A DNA stretch of 64,000 nucleotides from Planctomycetota bacterium (GTDB lineage Bacteria; Planctomycetota; UBA1135; UBA2386): assembly GCA_965223545.1 (NCBI GenBank), contig OZ245006.1, positions 4,192,001 to 4,256,000 on the forward strand. The letters are read 5' to 3'. Every line of letters starts with the position of its first letter. Positions within the stretch are counted from its first letter, which is position 1. The position numbers and the translations under genes were made by a program. Shown here in pieces: positions 19,906 through 32,198 of this stretch. The notes under the pieces are model-generated. The model was given only the letters and a program-made list of their open reading frames with translations, did not search any database and was not told the DNA's origin.

Positions 19906-21162
19906 ATGCAGCCGGCCTGCCGTTCTTGCGGGAGCAGCGCCCTCGAGCGCTTCCTCGATCTCGGCCGGTTGCCGCTGCCGGACGCGCTGCGCCTGCCCGA
20001 CCAGATTGGCGCACCGCAGGCGCGCTACCCGCTACAGGTCTCGTTCTGCTCGAGCTGCAGCTTGGTGCAGATCACCGAGGAGGTCGATCCCGGCGAGATG
20101 TTCGTCGAGAACTACCACTACTTCTCCTCGTTCAGCGAGGACCTGCTGCGCCACTCCAAGGCCAACGTCGACGAGCTGATCGCGGCCCGCGGGTTGGGCG
20201 AGAACAGCCTGGTGGTGGAGCTGGCGAGCAACGACGGCTACCTGTTGCAGTTCTTCGCGGCGGCCGGTGTGCCGGTGCTCGGCATCGACCCTTCCCCCGG
20301 ACCGGCGGCCGCGGCGGTGAAGCGCGGGATCCCCACGCTGCAGCAGTTCTTCAGCGCCGAGCTGGCAGAGCAGCTGCGCGCCGAGGGCAAGCAGGCCGAT
20401 GTGATCGTCGCCAACAACGTCCTGGCGCACGTGCCCGACACCAATGGCTTCGTCAGTGGCATCGCCAAGCTGCTCGCGCCGCACGGCACCACGTCGATCG
20501 AGGCGCCGTACGTGCGCGACCTGATCGACCACTGTGAGTTCGACACGATCTACCACGAGCACTTGTGCTACTTCTCGGTGACGGCGGTGCAGGCCCTGTG
20601 CGCACGCCATGGCCTGCACCTCAACCGGGTGCGGCACCTCGAGATCCACGGGGGCTCGTTGCGCTACTACGCCAGCCCCACGGCGGACCCGGACGGCTCG
20701 GTGGAGCGCTACCTCGCCGAAGAGCGGCAGAGCGGTTTGGATCGGTTCGACTACTACGCCGACTTCGCCGGCCGCGTGCGCGATCTGAAGCAGCGCCTGT
20801 TGGCGCTGGTCCGCGGCCTGGTCGCCGACGGCAAGCGCGTGGCGGCGTACGGAGCGGCGGCCAAGGGCGCGATCATGCTCAACTACGTCGGCCTGGACGA
20901 TTCCCTGATCGACTTCGTGGTCGACCGCAACGTGCACAAGCAGGGGCGCTACATGCCCGGAGTCGACGTGCCGATCCTGCCGCCGCAGGCGTTGCTCGAG
21001 CGAGGTCCCGACTACGTCTTGATTCTGCCGTGGAACTTCCGCGACGAGATCGTGCGCCAGCAGCGCGAGTACGCGAGCCGCGGCGGGCGGTTCATCGTGC
21101 CGGTGCCCGAGCCGGTGGTCCTGGCCGGTGACCCCGCGGTCCCGATCGAGCACCGCGGATGA
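19906..21162 (+). CDS. NDP-hexose C-methyltransferase (NovU/TcaB9-like)
   Basis: N-terminal CxxC...CxxC Zn site; ELASNDGYLL, IYHEHLCYFS, HGGSLR, YGAAAKG and ILPWNF motifs. Confidence 0.88.
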   Translation: MQPACRSCGSSALERFLDLGRLPLPDALRLPDQIGAPQARYPLQVSFCSSCSLVQITEEVDPGEMFVENYHYFSSFSEDLLRHSKANVDELIAARGLGENSLVVELASNDGYLLQFFAAAGVPVLGIDPSPGPAAAAVKRGIPTLQQFFSAELAEQLRAEGKQADVIVANNVLAHVPDTNGFVSGIAKLLAPHGTTSIEAPYVRDLIDHCEFDTIYHEHLCYFSVTAVQALCARHGLHLNRVRHLEIHGGSLRYYASPTADPDGSVERYLAEERQSGLDRFDYYADFAGRVRDLKQRLLALVRGLVADGKRVAAYGAAAKGAIMLNYVGLDDSLIDFVVDRNVHKQGRYMPGVDVPILPPQALLERGPDYVLILPWNFRDEIVRQQREYASRGGRFIVPVPEPVVLAGDPAVPIEHRG

Positions 21163-22334
21163 CCGTCGCCTGCTTTGCCTGCGGCTCTGACCGCACCCGT
21201 GTCTTCCACTCGGTAGACGGGGTGCCGGTGCACAGCTGTCTGTTGATGGAGTCGCGCGCGGCGGCGCGCGCGTATCCGCGGGGAGATCTGCGCATCGCGT
21301 TCTGCCAGCACTGTGGCTTCATTCAGAACTCCGCGTTCGACCCGAGTGTGCACGAGTACTCGCAGCGCTATGAAGAGACGCAGGCGTTCTCGCCGCGGTT
21401 CATGCAGCTGGTCGCCGAGCTGACCGAGCACTACGACCAGCGCTACGCGCTGGCCGGCAAGACCGTCTTGGAGATCGGTTGTGGCAAGGGCGAGTTCTTG
21501 GTCGCGCTTTGCGAAGCCGCTGGCTGCTCCGGCATCGGCATCGACCCGGGCTATCGCCCGGAGCGCACGACGAGCCCTGCGCGCGATCGCATCGAGTTCA
21601 TCGTCGACTTCTACTCGCGCGACTACGCGCACCTGCAGGCCGACATGGTGTTGTGCCGGCACACGCTCGAGCACATCCAACCGACCCGCGACTTCGTGTC
21701 GATGGTCCGCGACGCGGTCGGTGACGTGCCCGCGACCGTGGTCGCGTTCGAGCTGCCGGACATGGAGCGGATCCTGGCGGAGCAGGCATTCTGGGACATC
21801 TACTACGAGCACTGCTCCTACTTCACGCTCGGTTCGCTGGCGCGGCTGTTCCGCCGCTGTGGGTTCGAGATCCTGGAGCTGACCAAGTGCTTCGATGACC
21901 AGTACCTGCTGCTCGACGCGAGGCCGACCTCGGCTGCGACTCCGCCGGCCCACGCGGCCGAGGAAGACGTCGAGCACCTGCGCGGGTTGGTGGCTGGGTT
22001 CGAACGGGGGTTGGCCGAGAAGATGGCCGGCTGGCGCGCGTTCTTCGAGGGGGCCGCGCGGCGCGGCGAGCCCGTCGTGCTCTGGGGGTCCGGCTCCAAG
22101 GCGGTCGCGTTCCTGTGCGAGCTGCAGCTGGGCGACGCGATCGACTGCGTCACCGATATCAATCCGCACAAGCATGGCAAGTTCATGCCGGGCACGGGGC
22201 ACGAGATCGTCGCTCCCGAGGCGCTGGCCGGCCGGCGACCCGCGCACGTCGTGGCGATGAACCCGATCTACTCTGACGAGATTCGGGCCGAGCTCGATCG
22301 TCTCGGCGTGGCCGCCGAGCTGCACGCCGTGTGA
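21159..22334 (+). CDS. SAM-dependent methyltransferase with C-methyltransferase C-terminal domain
   Basis: CxxC Zn motifs; EIGCGKGEFL, RHTLEH, YYEHCSYF and WGSGSK motifs. Confidence 0.82.
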   Translation: MTVACFACGSDRTRVFHSVDGVPVHSCLLMESRAAARAYPRGDLRIAFCQHCGFIQNSAFDPSVHEYSQRYEETQAFSPRFMQLVAELTEHYDQRYALAGKTVLEIGCGKGEFLVALCEAAGCSGIGIDPGYRPERTTSPARDRIEFIVDFYSRDYAHLQADMVLCRHTLEHIQPTRDFVSMVRDAVGDVPATVVAFELPDMERILAEQAFWDIYYEHCSYFTLGSLARLFRRCGFEILELTKCFDDQYLLLDARPTSAATPPAHAAEEDVEHLRGLVAGFERGLAEKMAGWRAFFEGAARRGEPVVLWGSGSKAVAFLCELQLGDAIDCVTDINPHKHGKFMPGTGHEIVAPEALAGRRPAHVVAMNPIYSDEIRAELDRLGVAAELHAV

Positions 22335-23494
22335 TGGCCGCTGCCGCGCGACGATGTCCGGTTTGCCGCGCCGCCGGTGGCGATGAGTTCTTCGCCGCCG
22401 AAGCGGTCCCGGTGCACTGCAACGTATTGCATGGCGACGCCGGCGCGGCCCGACAGGCGCCGCGCGGAGACCTTCGCCTGGTGTTCTGCGCCGACTGCGG
22501 CCTCATCTACAACGCGGCGTTCGAGCCGGCGCTGGTGGCGTACTCGCCGGACTACGAGAACTCGCTGCACTGCTCGCCGCGGTTCGCCGACTACGCCGCG
22601 GAGCTGGCGCAGCGGTTGCTCGCCGAACAGGGCGCGGATCGGCGGCGCGTGTTGGAGATCGGCTGTGGCAAGGGTGATTTCTTGGCGCAGCTGTCGGCGG
22701 CGGGAGCCACCGCGTGCTTGGGATTTGATGCGTCGTACGACGGCCGGCACGGCGCCGGGCTGGAGATCGTGCGCTCGGGCTGGGATCCGGATCGGGCGGC
22801 GTCGTTTGCGCCGGACCTGGTGGTTTGCCGGCACGTGTTGGAGCACATCGAGACCCCGGTGGAGTTCTTGCGCGGCGTCCGCGGCGCGCTGCCCGCGGGT
22901 TGTCGCGCGTACTTCGAAGTGCCGGACACCATGTTCACGCTGCGCGACCTGGGCGTGTGGGACGTCATCTACGAACACTGCGTCTATTTCACTGCGCCGT
23001 CGCTGTGGCGCGCGTTCAGCGAAGCGGGGTGGTCGGTGCGCGGTGTCGACAGCGCGTTCGGGGGGCAGTTCTTGTGGCTGGAAGCCAGCGTCAGCGGTGC
23101 CGGCCGGTTCGACCCCGACCCCGGCGAGCGCGCGCGGCTGCCCGAGCTGATCGACCGGTTCGCCGCCGAGCACCGGCGCGTCGTCGCGCGCTGGAGCGAG
23201 ACCCTGGCGGAGCTCGAAGTCGCGGGCAACGGTGTCGCGGTCTGGGGCGTCGGGTCCAAAGGTGTGACATTCCTCAACACCGTCGACCGCGCCGCGGGAA
23301 TCGATGTCGCGATCGACATCAATCCGCGCAAGGTGGGGCGTTTCGTGCCCGGTACGGGGCACCGCGTCGAGGCGCCCGAGGCTCTGGTCGGTGCTGGGGT
23401 CGGCACGGTCTTGGCGATGAATCCCAACTACCGCGAGGAGATCGCGGGCCGGCTCGCAGAGCTCGGGGTCAGGGCCGACGTGGTCTGTGTTTGA
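22334..23494 (+). CDS. SAM-dependent methyltransferase, paralog of the preceding gene
   Basis: CPVC...CADC; EIGCGKGDFL, RHVLEH, IYEHCVYF and WGVGSKG motifs. Confidence 0.82.
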   Translation: MAAAARRCPVCRAAGGDEFFAAEAVPVHCNVLHGDAGAARQAPRGDLRLVFCADCGLIYNAAFEPALVAYSPDYENSLHCSPRFADYAAELAQRLLAEQGADRRRVLEIGCGKGDFLAQLSAAGATACLGFDASYDGRHGAGLEIVRSGWDPDRAASFAPDLVVCRHVLEHIETPVEFLRGVRGALPAGCRAYFEVPDTMFTLRDLGVWDVIYEHCVYFTAPSLWRAFSEAGWSVRGVDSAFGGQFLWLEASVSGAGRFDPDPGERARLPELIDRFAAEHRRVVARWSETLAELEVAGNGVAVWGVGSKGVTFLNTVDRAAGIDVAIDINPRKVGRFVPGTGHRVEAPEALVGAGVGTVLAMNPNYREEIAGRLAELGVRADVVCV

Positions 23495-23509
23495 GGCCGG
23501 GCCGGGGGC

Positions 23510-23543
23510 GGCTGTGGTTGGCAGCGGCCAAGTGCCGATAGCA
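23510..23543 (+). promoter_or_regulatory. Candidate promoter/operator GGCTG-N3-TTGG-N12-GCCGATAGCA, copy 2
   Basis: Matches 11822-11855 in sequence and spacing; lies just upstream of the second flagellar sub-cluster. Confidence 0.45.
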
Positions 23544-23548
23544 TCGAG

Positions 23549-23788
23549 GTGGAGCGGTTCGGCGACAGAATCGAGCGGGCACGTGCCGGGCGGGACCTCG
23601 GTGTTGCGCGCGCTCGCCAGCGGTTGCAGCTGGCGTTGTGCGCGTTGACGGTGCGTGTGCGGCAGCAGCCCCGGGCACTGGACACGGAGGCGGCTGCGGC
23701 GGCCGCCGCGGCCGCCCACGCGGACTACCTCGATCGGCAGCGCGCTCGCCTCGGCTTGCTGCGTGCACTGCGGCGGAGGCAATCGTGA
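23549..23788 (+). CDS. Short helical protein, possibly a truncated FliJ-like remnant
   Basis: 79-aa Ala/Arg-rich ORF whose stop overlaps the next GTG. It occupies the fliJ position before a MotE/YlxF-like gene; sequence support is weak. Confidence 0.3.
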   Translation: MERFGDRIERARAGRDLGVARARQRLQLALCALTVRVRQQPRALDTEAAAAAAAAAHADYLDRQRARLGLLRALRRRQS

Positions 23789-24585
23789 AGCGAGCCGGCG
23801 TCATGACCGCGGTCGGTGTGCTGTTGTTCGTGGCGACCATCTTCGTCCTGCTCGCGTTGCAGGGGCGGCTCGACTACGCGGGGACGCGGGGCATTCCGCT
23901 GGTGCAGAGCCTGTTCTCCAAGCCGTCCTCGGCGACCGACGCGTCGCGGACGGCGCGGCCGCGCGCGCTACCGCCGGCGCCGGCGGCGGAGCCGGCGCTC
24001 GATGCCGCCAAGCAGCAGCAATTCGAAGCCCGAGTCGAGGCGTTGACCGATCCCGGTCGCCAACCGCAAACCGGCTTGTTTCAGCTGCCGCTGTTGGAGT
24101 CCGGCCTGTCGGCCGCCGATCTCGACGAGATGGCGCGGGCCGCGCGCGAGCAGCGAGAGTCGCTGGCCCGGCGGGAGGCGGCCCTCGACCACCGCGAGGA
24201 GCAGCTCGCGGCGCGGGAGGACGACGTCACCAGGCGACACGGCGAGGTGCAGTCGCTGATGCGCGACGTGGTCGATGCACGGCAGCAGCTGATGGAGGAA
24301 CGCCGCGAGCTGGGTCGCCTGTACACCTTCATCGATGAGAGCGAGGAGTCGCGCTACCGAGAGCAAGCCCGGTTCCTGGCCGGTCAAGATCGCGTGCAGG
24401 CGGGCGGCGTGGTGCGCGAGATGTGGCGCAGCGAGAGTGGCCGCACTGACGCCGTGCGCATGCTGCGGCTCATGCAGGCCGAGGATCGCGACGAAATCCT
24501 CGCGGTCTTGTCGGCTGCCGAGCTGCGCGACATCGTCGCGCGGCTCGCCAACGCCGTGATCGTACCGGCGGGAGACAAGCAATGA
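23785..24585 (+). CDS. Membrane-anchored coiled-coil protein, MotE/YlxF-like flagellar accessory
   Basis: N-terminal TM, long coiled coil (RESLARREAALDHREEQL) and C-terminal AVRMLRLM...EILAVLS helical repeat; lies upstream of fliL. Confidence 0.5.
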   Translation: MKRAGVMTAVGVLLFVATIFVLLALQGRLDYAGTRGIPLVQSLFSKPSSATDASRTARPRALPPAPAAEPALDAAKQQQFEARVEALTDPGRQPQTGLFQLPLLESGLSAADLDEMARAAREQRESLARREAALDHREEQLAAREDDVTRRHGEVQSLMRDVVDARQQLMEERRELGRLYTFIDESEESRYREQARFLAGQDRVQAGGVVREMWRSESGRTDAVRMLRLMQAEDRDEILAVLSAAELRDIVARLANAVIVPAGDKQ

Positions 24586-24615
24586 TCGCGTCGAGCGGAA
24601 CGCGGGAGGTGCAAC

Positions 24616-25158
24616 GTGGCACTTGATGCGCAGAAGTGGGGGCGCGCGCGACGCACGTCGTGGTTGGTGCTGACGGTCGTTGGCGCCGCGGTCGGAGCCG
24701 CGGCGGTCGTGGTCATCACTCCGCGGTCCGGCGCTGGCGAGCAGCAGCCGGTGTCCAAGGCGGTGTCGCTCTACGACCACCCCCGGCCGATGGAGTTCAC
24801 CTTCAACCCGATCGTCGACCGTGGACACAAGACCGCCTTGATCACTTTCAAGTTCAGCTACCGGGCGGACACTTTCGACATCTATGGCGATCGCGACCCG
24901 GAGGTCGGCGAGCGCGAGCGTCTGAAACTGGACATCGCCGCCCTGGGCGTCGTGCCGAAGAGGATCGAGCGCCACTGGGACCGCGCCTACTCGCGGTGCC
25001 TGGAGATGCTCACCAACCAGCGTGCCGAGACGCTGATGGACCCCAAGGGCAAGGTCCTGATCAAGCGGATGCTGCGGGACGAGCTCACCAGCAGCTTGTT
25101 TCCCGAGGGCGCCGCGCGCGTCGACGACATCCTGTGGACCAAGTTCGTGCTGCAATGA
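24616..25158 (+). CDS. fliL: Flagellar basal body-associated FliL family protein
   Basis: Single N-terminal TM; EFTFNP, LMDPKGKVLIKR and terminal VDDILWTKFVLQ; directly before fliM. Confidence 0.75.
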   Translation: MALDAQKWGRARRTSWLVLTVVGAAVGAAAVVVITPRSGAGEQQPVSKAVSLYDHPRPMEFTFNPIVDRGHKTALITFKFSYRADTFDIYGDRDPEVGERERLKLDIAALGVVPKRIERHWDRAYSRCLEMLTNQRAETLMDPKGKVLIKRMLRDELTSSLFPEGAARVDDILWTKFVLQ

Positions 25159-26153
25159 GCGAGCTGCTCTCCAACACCGAGATCGAGACCTTGCTCTTGG
25201 CGTTCCGCGCCGAGGGCGAGACGCTGCACGATGCGGTCGCGGCGCTGGAACGGCAGCGGCAGCCCAACCAGACCGGCCCACGCGCGCACGTCACCGAGGT
25301 CGACCTGCTGAAGCCGAACCGCTTCGCCCGCGACCAGGTGCGCCGCGTCGAGCGTTTGCTCAACGGCGCCGCCAAGGGCATCGCCGCGTCGTTGAGCGAC
25401 CGGCTGCGGCTCGAGGTCGGTTGCGATTGCGTCGCCGTCGAGCAGATGCGGTTCTCCACGTGGATGTCGCTGCTGGTCGACCCGGTGGCCATCTACATGC
25501 TCGATCTGCCGCCGCTGGAGACCCCGGTGCTGCTGACCGCCACGACCGACCTGCTGCACCGCGCGGTCGATCGGGTCATGGGCGGCGTCGGCCGGGGCGT
25601 GGCGGAACGCTGCGAGCTCACGGACGCCGAGTTCGCGGTCGTGGATGCGTTGATCGGACCGTGCCTCGACAAGCTTTGCCGCGCCCTGGAGGAACTCGGC
25701 CAGTTCGCGTGGAGCATCGAAGGGCGCACCTGCAACCCGACGACTGCCGAGATCTTCCCCGGGCAGGACGTCGTCCTCGCGGCGCACCTGCAGGTATCCA
25801 GCCAGCCGATGCTCGGCGACTTCCGCCTGGTCGTGCCGCACAGCGGGTTGGCGGCGCTGTTGGAGACGGTCGATCCATGGCCGGGGCCGAGCCAGGCCGC
25901 AAAGCCGGGGGCGATGCGCGCGGCCACGACGCGGTCGGTGCGCGGAGTCCCGGTGTCGCTGACGGTGGAGCTCGGCCGCTTGCAGCTGCAGCTCGGCCGG
26001 CTGCTGTCGATGCAGCCGGGCGACGTGCTGCCCCTCGGAGGGCGCGGTATCGAGTCCACGGTCGCCAAGGTGCAGGGCATGCCGAAGTTCCGCGGCAAGG
26101 TCGGCGTTCGCGGCCGTCAGTTGGCGTTCCAGGTGGTCGAAGTGGTGGAGTAG
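25155..26153 (+). CDS. fliM: Flagellar motor switch protein FliM
   Basis: N-terminal LSNTEIETLL (CheY-binding peptide-like), DLLKPNRF, VDRVMGG...ELTDAE and C-terminal SpoA domain (LSMQPGDVLPL...PKFRGKVG). Confidence 0.85.
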   Translation: MSELLSNTEIETLLLAFRAEGETLHDAVAALERQRQPNQTGPRAHVTEVDLLKPNRFARDQVRRVERLLNGAAKGIAASLSDRLRLEVGCDCVAVEQMRFSTWMSLLVDPVAIYMLDLPPLETPVLLTATTDLLHRAVDRVMGGVGRGVAERCELTDAEFAVVDALIGPCLDKLCRALEELGQFAWSIEGRTCNPTTAEIFPGQDVVLAAHLQVSSQPMLGDFRLVVPHSGLAALLETVDPWPGPSQAAKPGAMRAATTRSVRGVPVSLTVELGRLQLQLGRLLSMQPGDVLPLGGRGIESTVAKVQGMPKFRGKVGVRGRQLAFQVVEVVE

Positions 26154-26156
26154 GGC

Positions 26157-26519
26157 ATGACCGAAGAAGACAAACGCTCGCGGCCCAAGCGCAAACCGGC
26201 GCAACGCGCCCGGAGTCGCCCGGTCGAGTTCGAGCCGCTCGAAGAATCCATGACCGCCGGGGAGCGGCCCAATCTGGACCTCTTGATGGACGTCTCGATC
26301 CCGGTCTCCGTGGAGATCGGCCGCGCCGACGTCCACTTGCAAGAAGTGCTCGACCTGGTGCCGGGCAGCGTCGTCACGCTGGACAAGAAGGCGGACGAGC
26401 CGATCGATCTCCGCGTCAACGGCAAGCTGGTCGCGCGCGGAGAGGTGGTATTGGTCGACGACAGCTACGGCCTGCGCGTCACGCAGATCCTCGATCCTGT
26501 GCGCCGTATCGGCGAGTGA
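26157..26519 (+). CDS. fliN: Flagellar motor switch protein FliN
   Basis: NLDLLMDVSIPVSVEIGR...GSVVTLDKKADEPIDLRVNGKLVARGEVVLVDDSYGLRVTQI. Confidence 0.95.
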   Translation: MTEEDKRSRPKRKPAQRARSRPVEFEPLEESMTAGERPNLDLLMDVSIPVSVEIGRADVHLQEVLDLVPGSVVTLDKKADEPIDLRVNGKLVARGEVVLVDDSYGLRVTQILDPVRRIGE

Positions 26520-26572
26520 GGATTCCCGGTGCCATCGAATGCGCAGGGCCGTACGTGCACAATAGATCCGTT

Positions 26573-26590
26573 TATCGAGATCTTATGATA
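26573..26590. promoter_or_regulatory. Candidate SahR-type palindromic operator TATC-N10-GATA
   Basis: AT-rich dyad TATCGAGATCTTATGATA 13 nt upstream of the ArsR-methyltransferase regulator. Confidence 0.5.
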
Positions 26591-26603
26591 GACTGCTGTC
26601 GCG

Positions 26604-27566
26604 ATGGTCACCGAAACCCTGCGGCAGGTCTTCAAGACCCTGGCAGACCCCACGCGCTTGCGGCTCCTGGTCCTCCTGGAGCGCGAGGAGCTGGCGGTGC
26701 ACGAGCTGATGCAGGTGCTTGGCATGGCCCAATCCACGGTGTCGCGGCACCTTGGCATTCTGCGTGAGGCCGGGCTGCTGCTCGATCGGCGCGAGGGCAC
26801 TTCGGTGCACTATCGATTCGTGCCGCCGGAAGACGGGGACTGGCGCGAGGTCTGGGCGCTGGCGAAGCGATCGCTGCGCGACGACGCCGACAGCACCGCA
26901 GACCTGGCTGCGCTGGACAAGATTCTCGAGCGGCGGGCGCTGCGCACGCGCACCTGGTTCGACCAGGTGGGCCCCGCGTGGGACGCCCTGCGCTCGGTGT
27001 TCAACGACACCGCGCATCGGGCGCGCGCCATCAACCGGCTGGTGAGCCCCGATCTGATCGTCGCCGACATCGGCACCGGCACCGGAATCCTGGCACGCGA
27101 GCTGGCCGGCCTCGGCCTGACGGTGATCGCCGTCGATCACTCGCGTCGGATGTTGGACGCCGCGCGCGCCAAACTCACCGCTGCCGAGGTCGATCGCATC
27201 GACCTGCGCCAGGGGGATGCCGGCGACCTGCCGTTGGTCGACGGCGAAGTCGATGCGGCGTTCGCGCACATGGTCCTGCAGCACCTCGCGTCGCCGGCCG
27301 AAGCCGTCGCCGAAATGTTCCGCGTGGTCAAGCCGGGTGGCCGCGTCGTCGTCGTCGACCTGGTCGAGCACGATCGCGAATGGATGCGTGAACGGCTCGG
27401 CAGTCAGTGGCTCGGCTTCTCGACCGAAACCGTGCGTGCCTGGTTCACCCAGGCCGGCTTCGTCGACGTCGACATCGAGCTGCACGACGTCGATCCGGCC
27501 GGCAACGGCAAGTCGACCGACATTCCCGCCACCTTCATTGCCACGAGCCGCGTGCCGCCGCACTAG
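26604..27566 (+). CDS. ArsR HTH + SAM-methyltransferase-fold regulator (SahR-like) of methionine/SAM metabolism
   Basis: FKTLADPTRLRLL...QSTVSRHLGILREAGLL, then VADIGTGTG and HMVLQH...RVVKPGG; immediately upstream of metH. Confidence 0.88.
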   Translation: MVTETLRQVFKTLADPTRLRLLVLLEREELAVHELMQVLGMAQSTVSRHLGILREAGLLLDRREGTSVHYRFVPPEDGDWREVWALAKRSLRDDADSTADLAALDKILERRALRTRTWFDQVGPAWDALRSVFNDTAHRARAINRLVSPDLIVADIGTGTGILARELAGLGLTVIAVDHSRRMLDAARAKLTAAEVDRIDLRQGDAGDLPLVDGEVDAAFAHMVLQHLASPAEAVAEMFRVVKPGGRVVVVDLVEHDREWMRERLGSQWLGFSTETVRAWFTQAGFVDVDIELHDVDPAGNGKSTDIPATFIATSRVPPH

Positions 27567-27754
27567 GAGCCCGTCTCACGGAAGGACGAACCACCATGCA
27601 CGCGTCTTTCACGCCAGCTCGCCCCGCGAAAGCCTCGCTGACTCCACCGATTCACCTACGTCTTCGCAAGCCGACCCGCCGCGAAACTCACGCACCTGGC
27701 CGGTCCGCCTCCCATGAGACAAGCTCCTGAGACCCACAAAGCGACCGAACACCG

Positions 27755-31471
<3,717 letters not shown>

Positions 31472-31544
31472 TGCGGTGACTCGAGCGCCGGCCTTGCGGC
31501 TATGCTACGAGGCTGTTGCCCGTCGAGTGCAAAGAGGTCGTGTC

Positions 31545-32198
31545 ATGCGCGATTTGTCCCTCACTTCTGCTCGCCGCCAGCGGCGTGCCGGTCCGTGGTT
31601 GGTTGCGTGCTTCTCCTGGCTGGTGGTCATGCCAGGGGCCCGGGCGCAGGAAGTCGAGCCCCCGCCCCCGCCGCCGGCCAGGGCGGAGGAGGTCGGCGGT
31701 GGTCTGTCGAATGAGTACATGACGATCTCCGTCAACGAGGAGAAGGGCATCAGTCTGCCCGAGTTCGTCAAGCTGGCGCAGACCCTGACCAACTCCTCGA
31801 TCGTGTACGAGCCCGGACTGTTCGACGGACAGCCGCCGCTGCGGCTGCCGGAGAGTCAGCGTCTCCGCGTGGTCGACTTCATGCTCCTGTTCAAGAACGT
31901 GATGGCGGCGCGCGGCTTCACGGCGGAGCGCATTGGTCGCAGCGACGGGCGCCTGTGGCAGGTCGCCGTCGATCCCCGGTCGATGGTGACCCTGACCGTG
32001 CGCGATGCCGAGCTCCGCACGGTCTTGGCGGACATCCTCGATCGCGGCGGGGTGGACTACGTCATCGGTCCGTCGGTCTCCGGGCCGGTCTCGATGCGGC
32101 TCACCGGACTGCCGTGGCGGGCCGCGGCCGAGCGGCTGGCTGCCGCTGCTGGCATCCAGCTCGAGGTCGACGACCGCGGGGTCTGGCTGGCGCGGTGA
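31545..32198 (+). CDS. Exported protein with two secretin N0/STN-like domains and no secretin barrel
   Basis: Signal-like segment, then ISLPEFVKLAQTLTNSSIVY (GspD-N0-like) and VTLTVRDAELRTVLADI...VSGPVSMRLTGLPW (STN/PilQ-N0-like). Start uncertain. Confidence 0.55.
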   Translation: MRDLSLTSARRQRRAGPWLVACFSWLVVMPGARAQEVEPPPPPPARAEEVGGGLSNEYMTISVNEEKGISLPEFVKLAQTLTNSSIVYEPGLFDGQPPLRLPESQRLRVVDFMLLFKNVMAARGFTAERIGRSDGRLWQVAVDPRSMVTLTVRDAELRTVLADILDRGGVDYVIGPSVSGPVSMRLTGLPWRAAAERLAAAAGIQLEVDDRGVWLAR

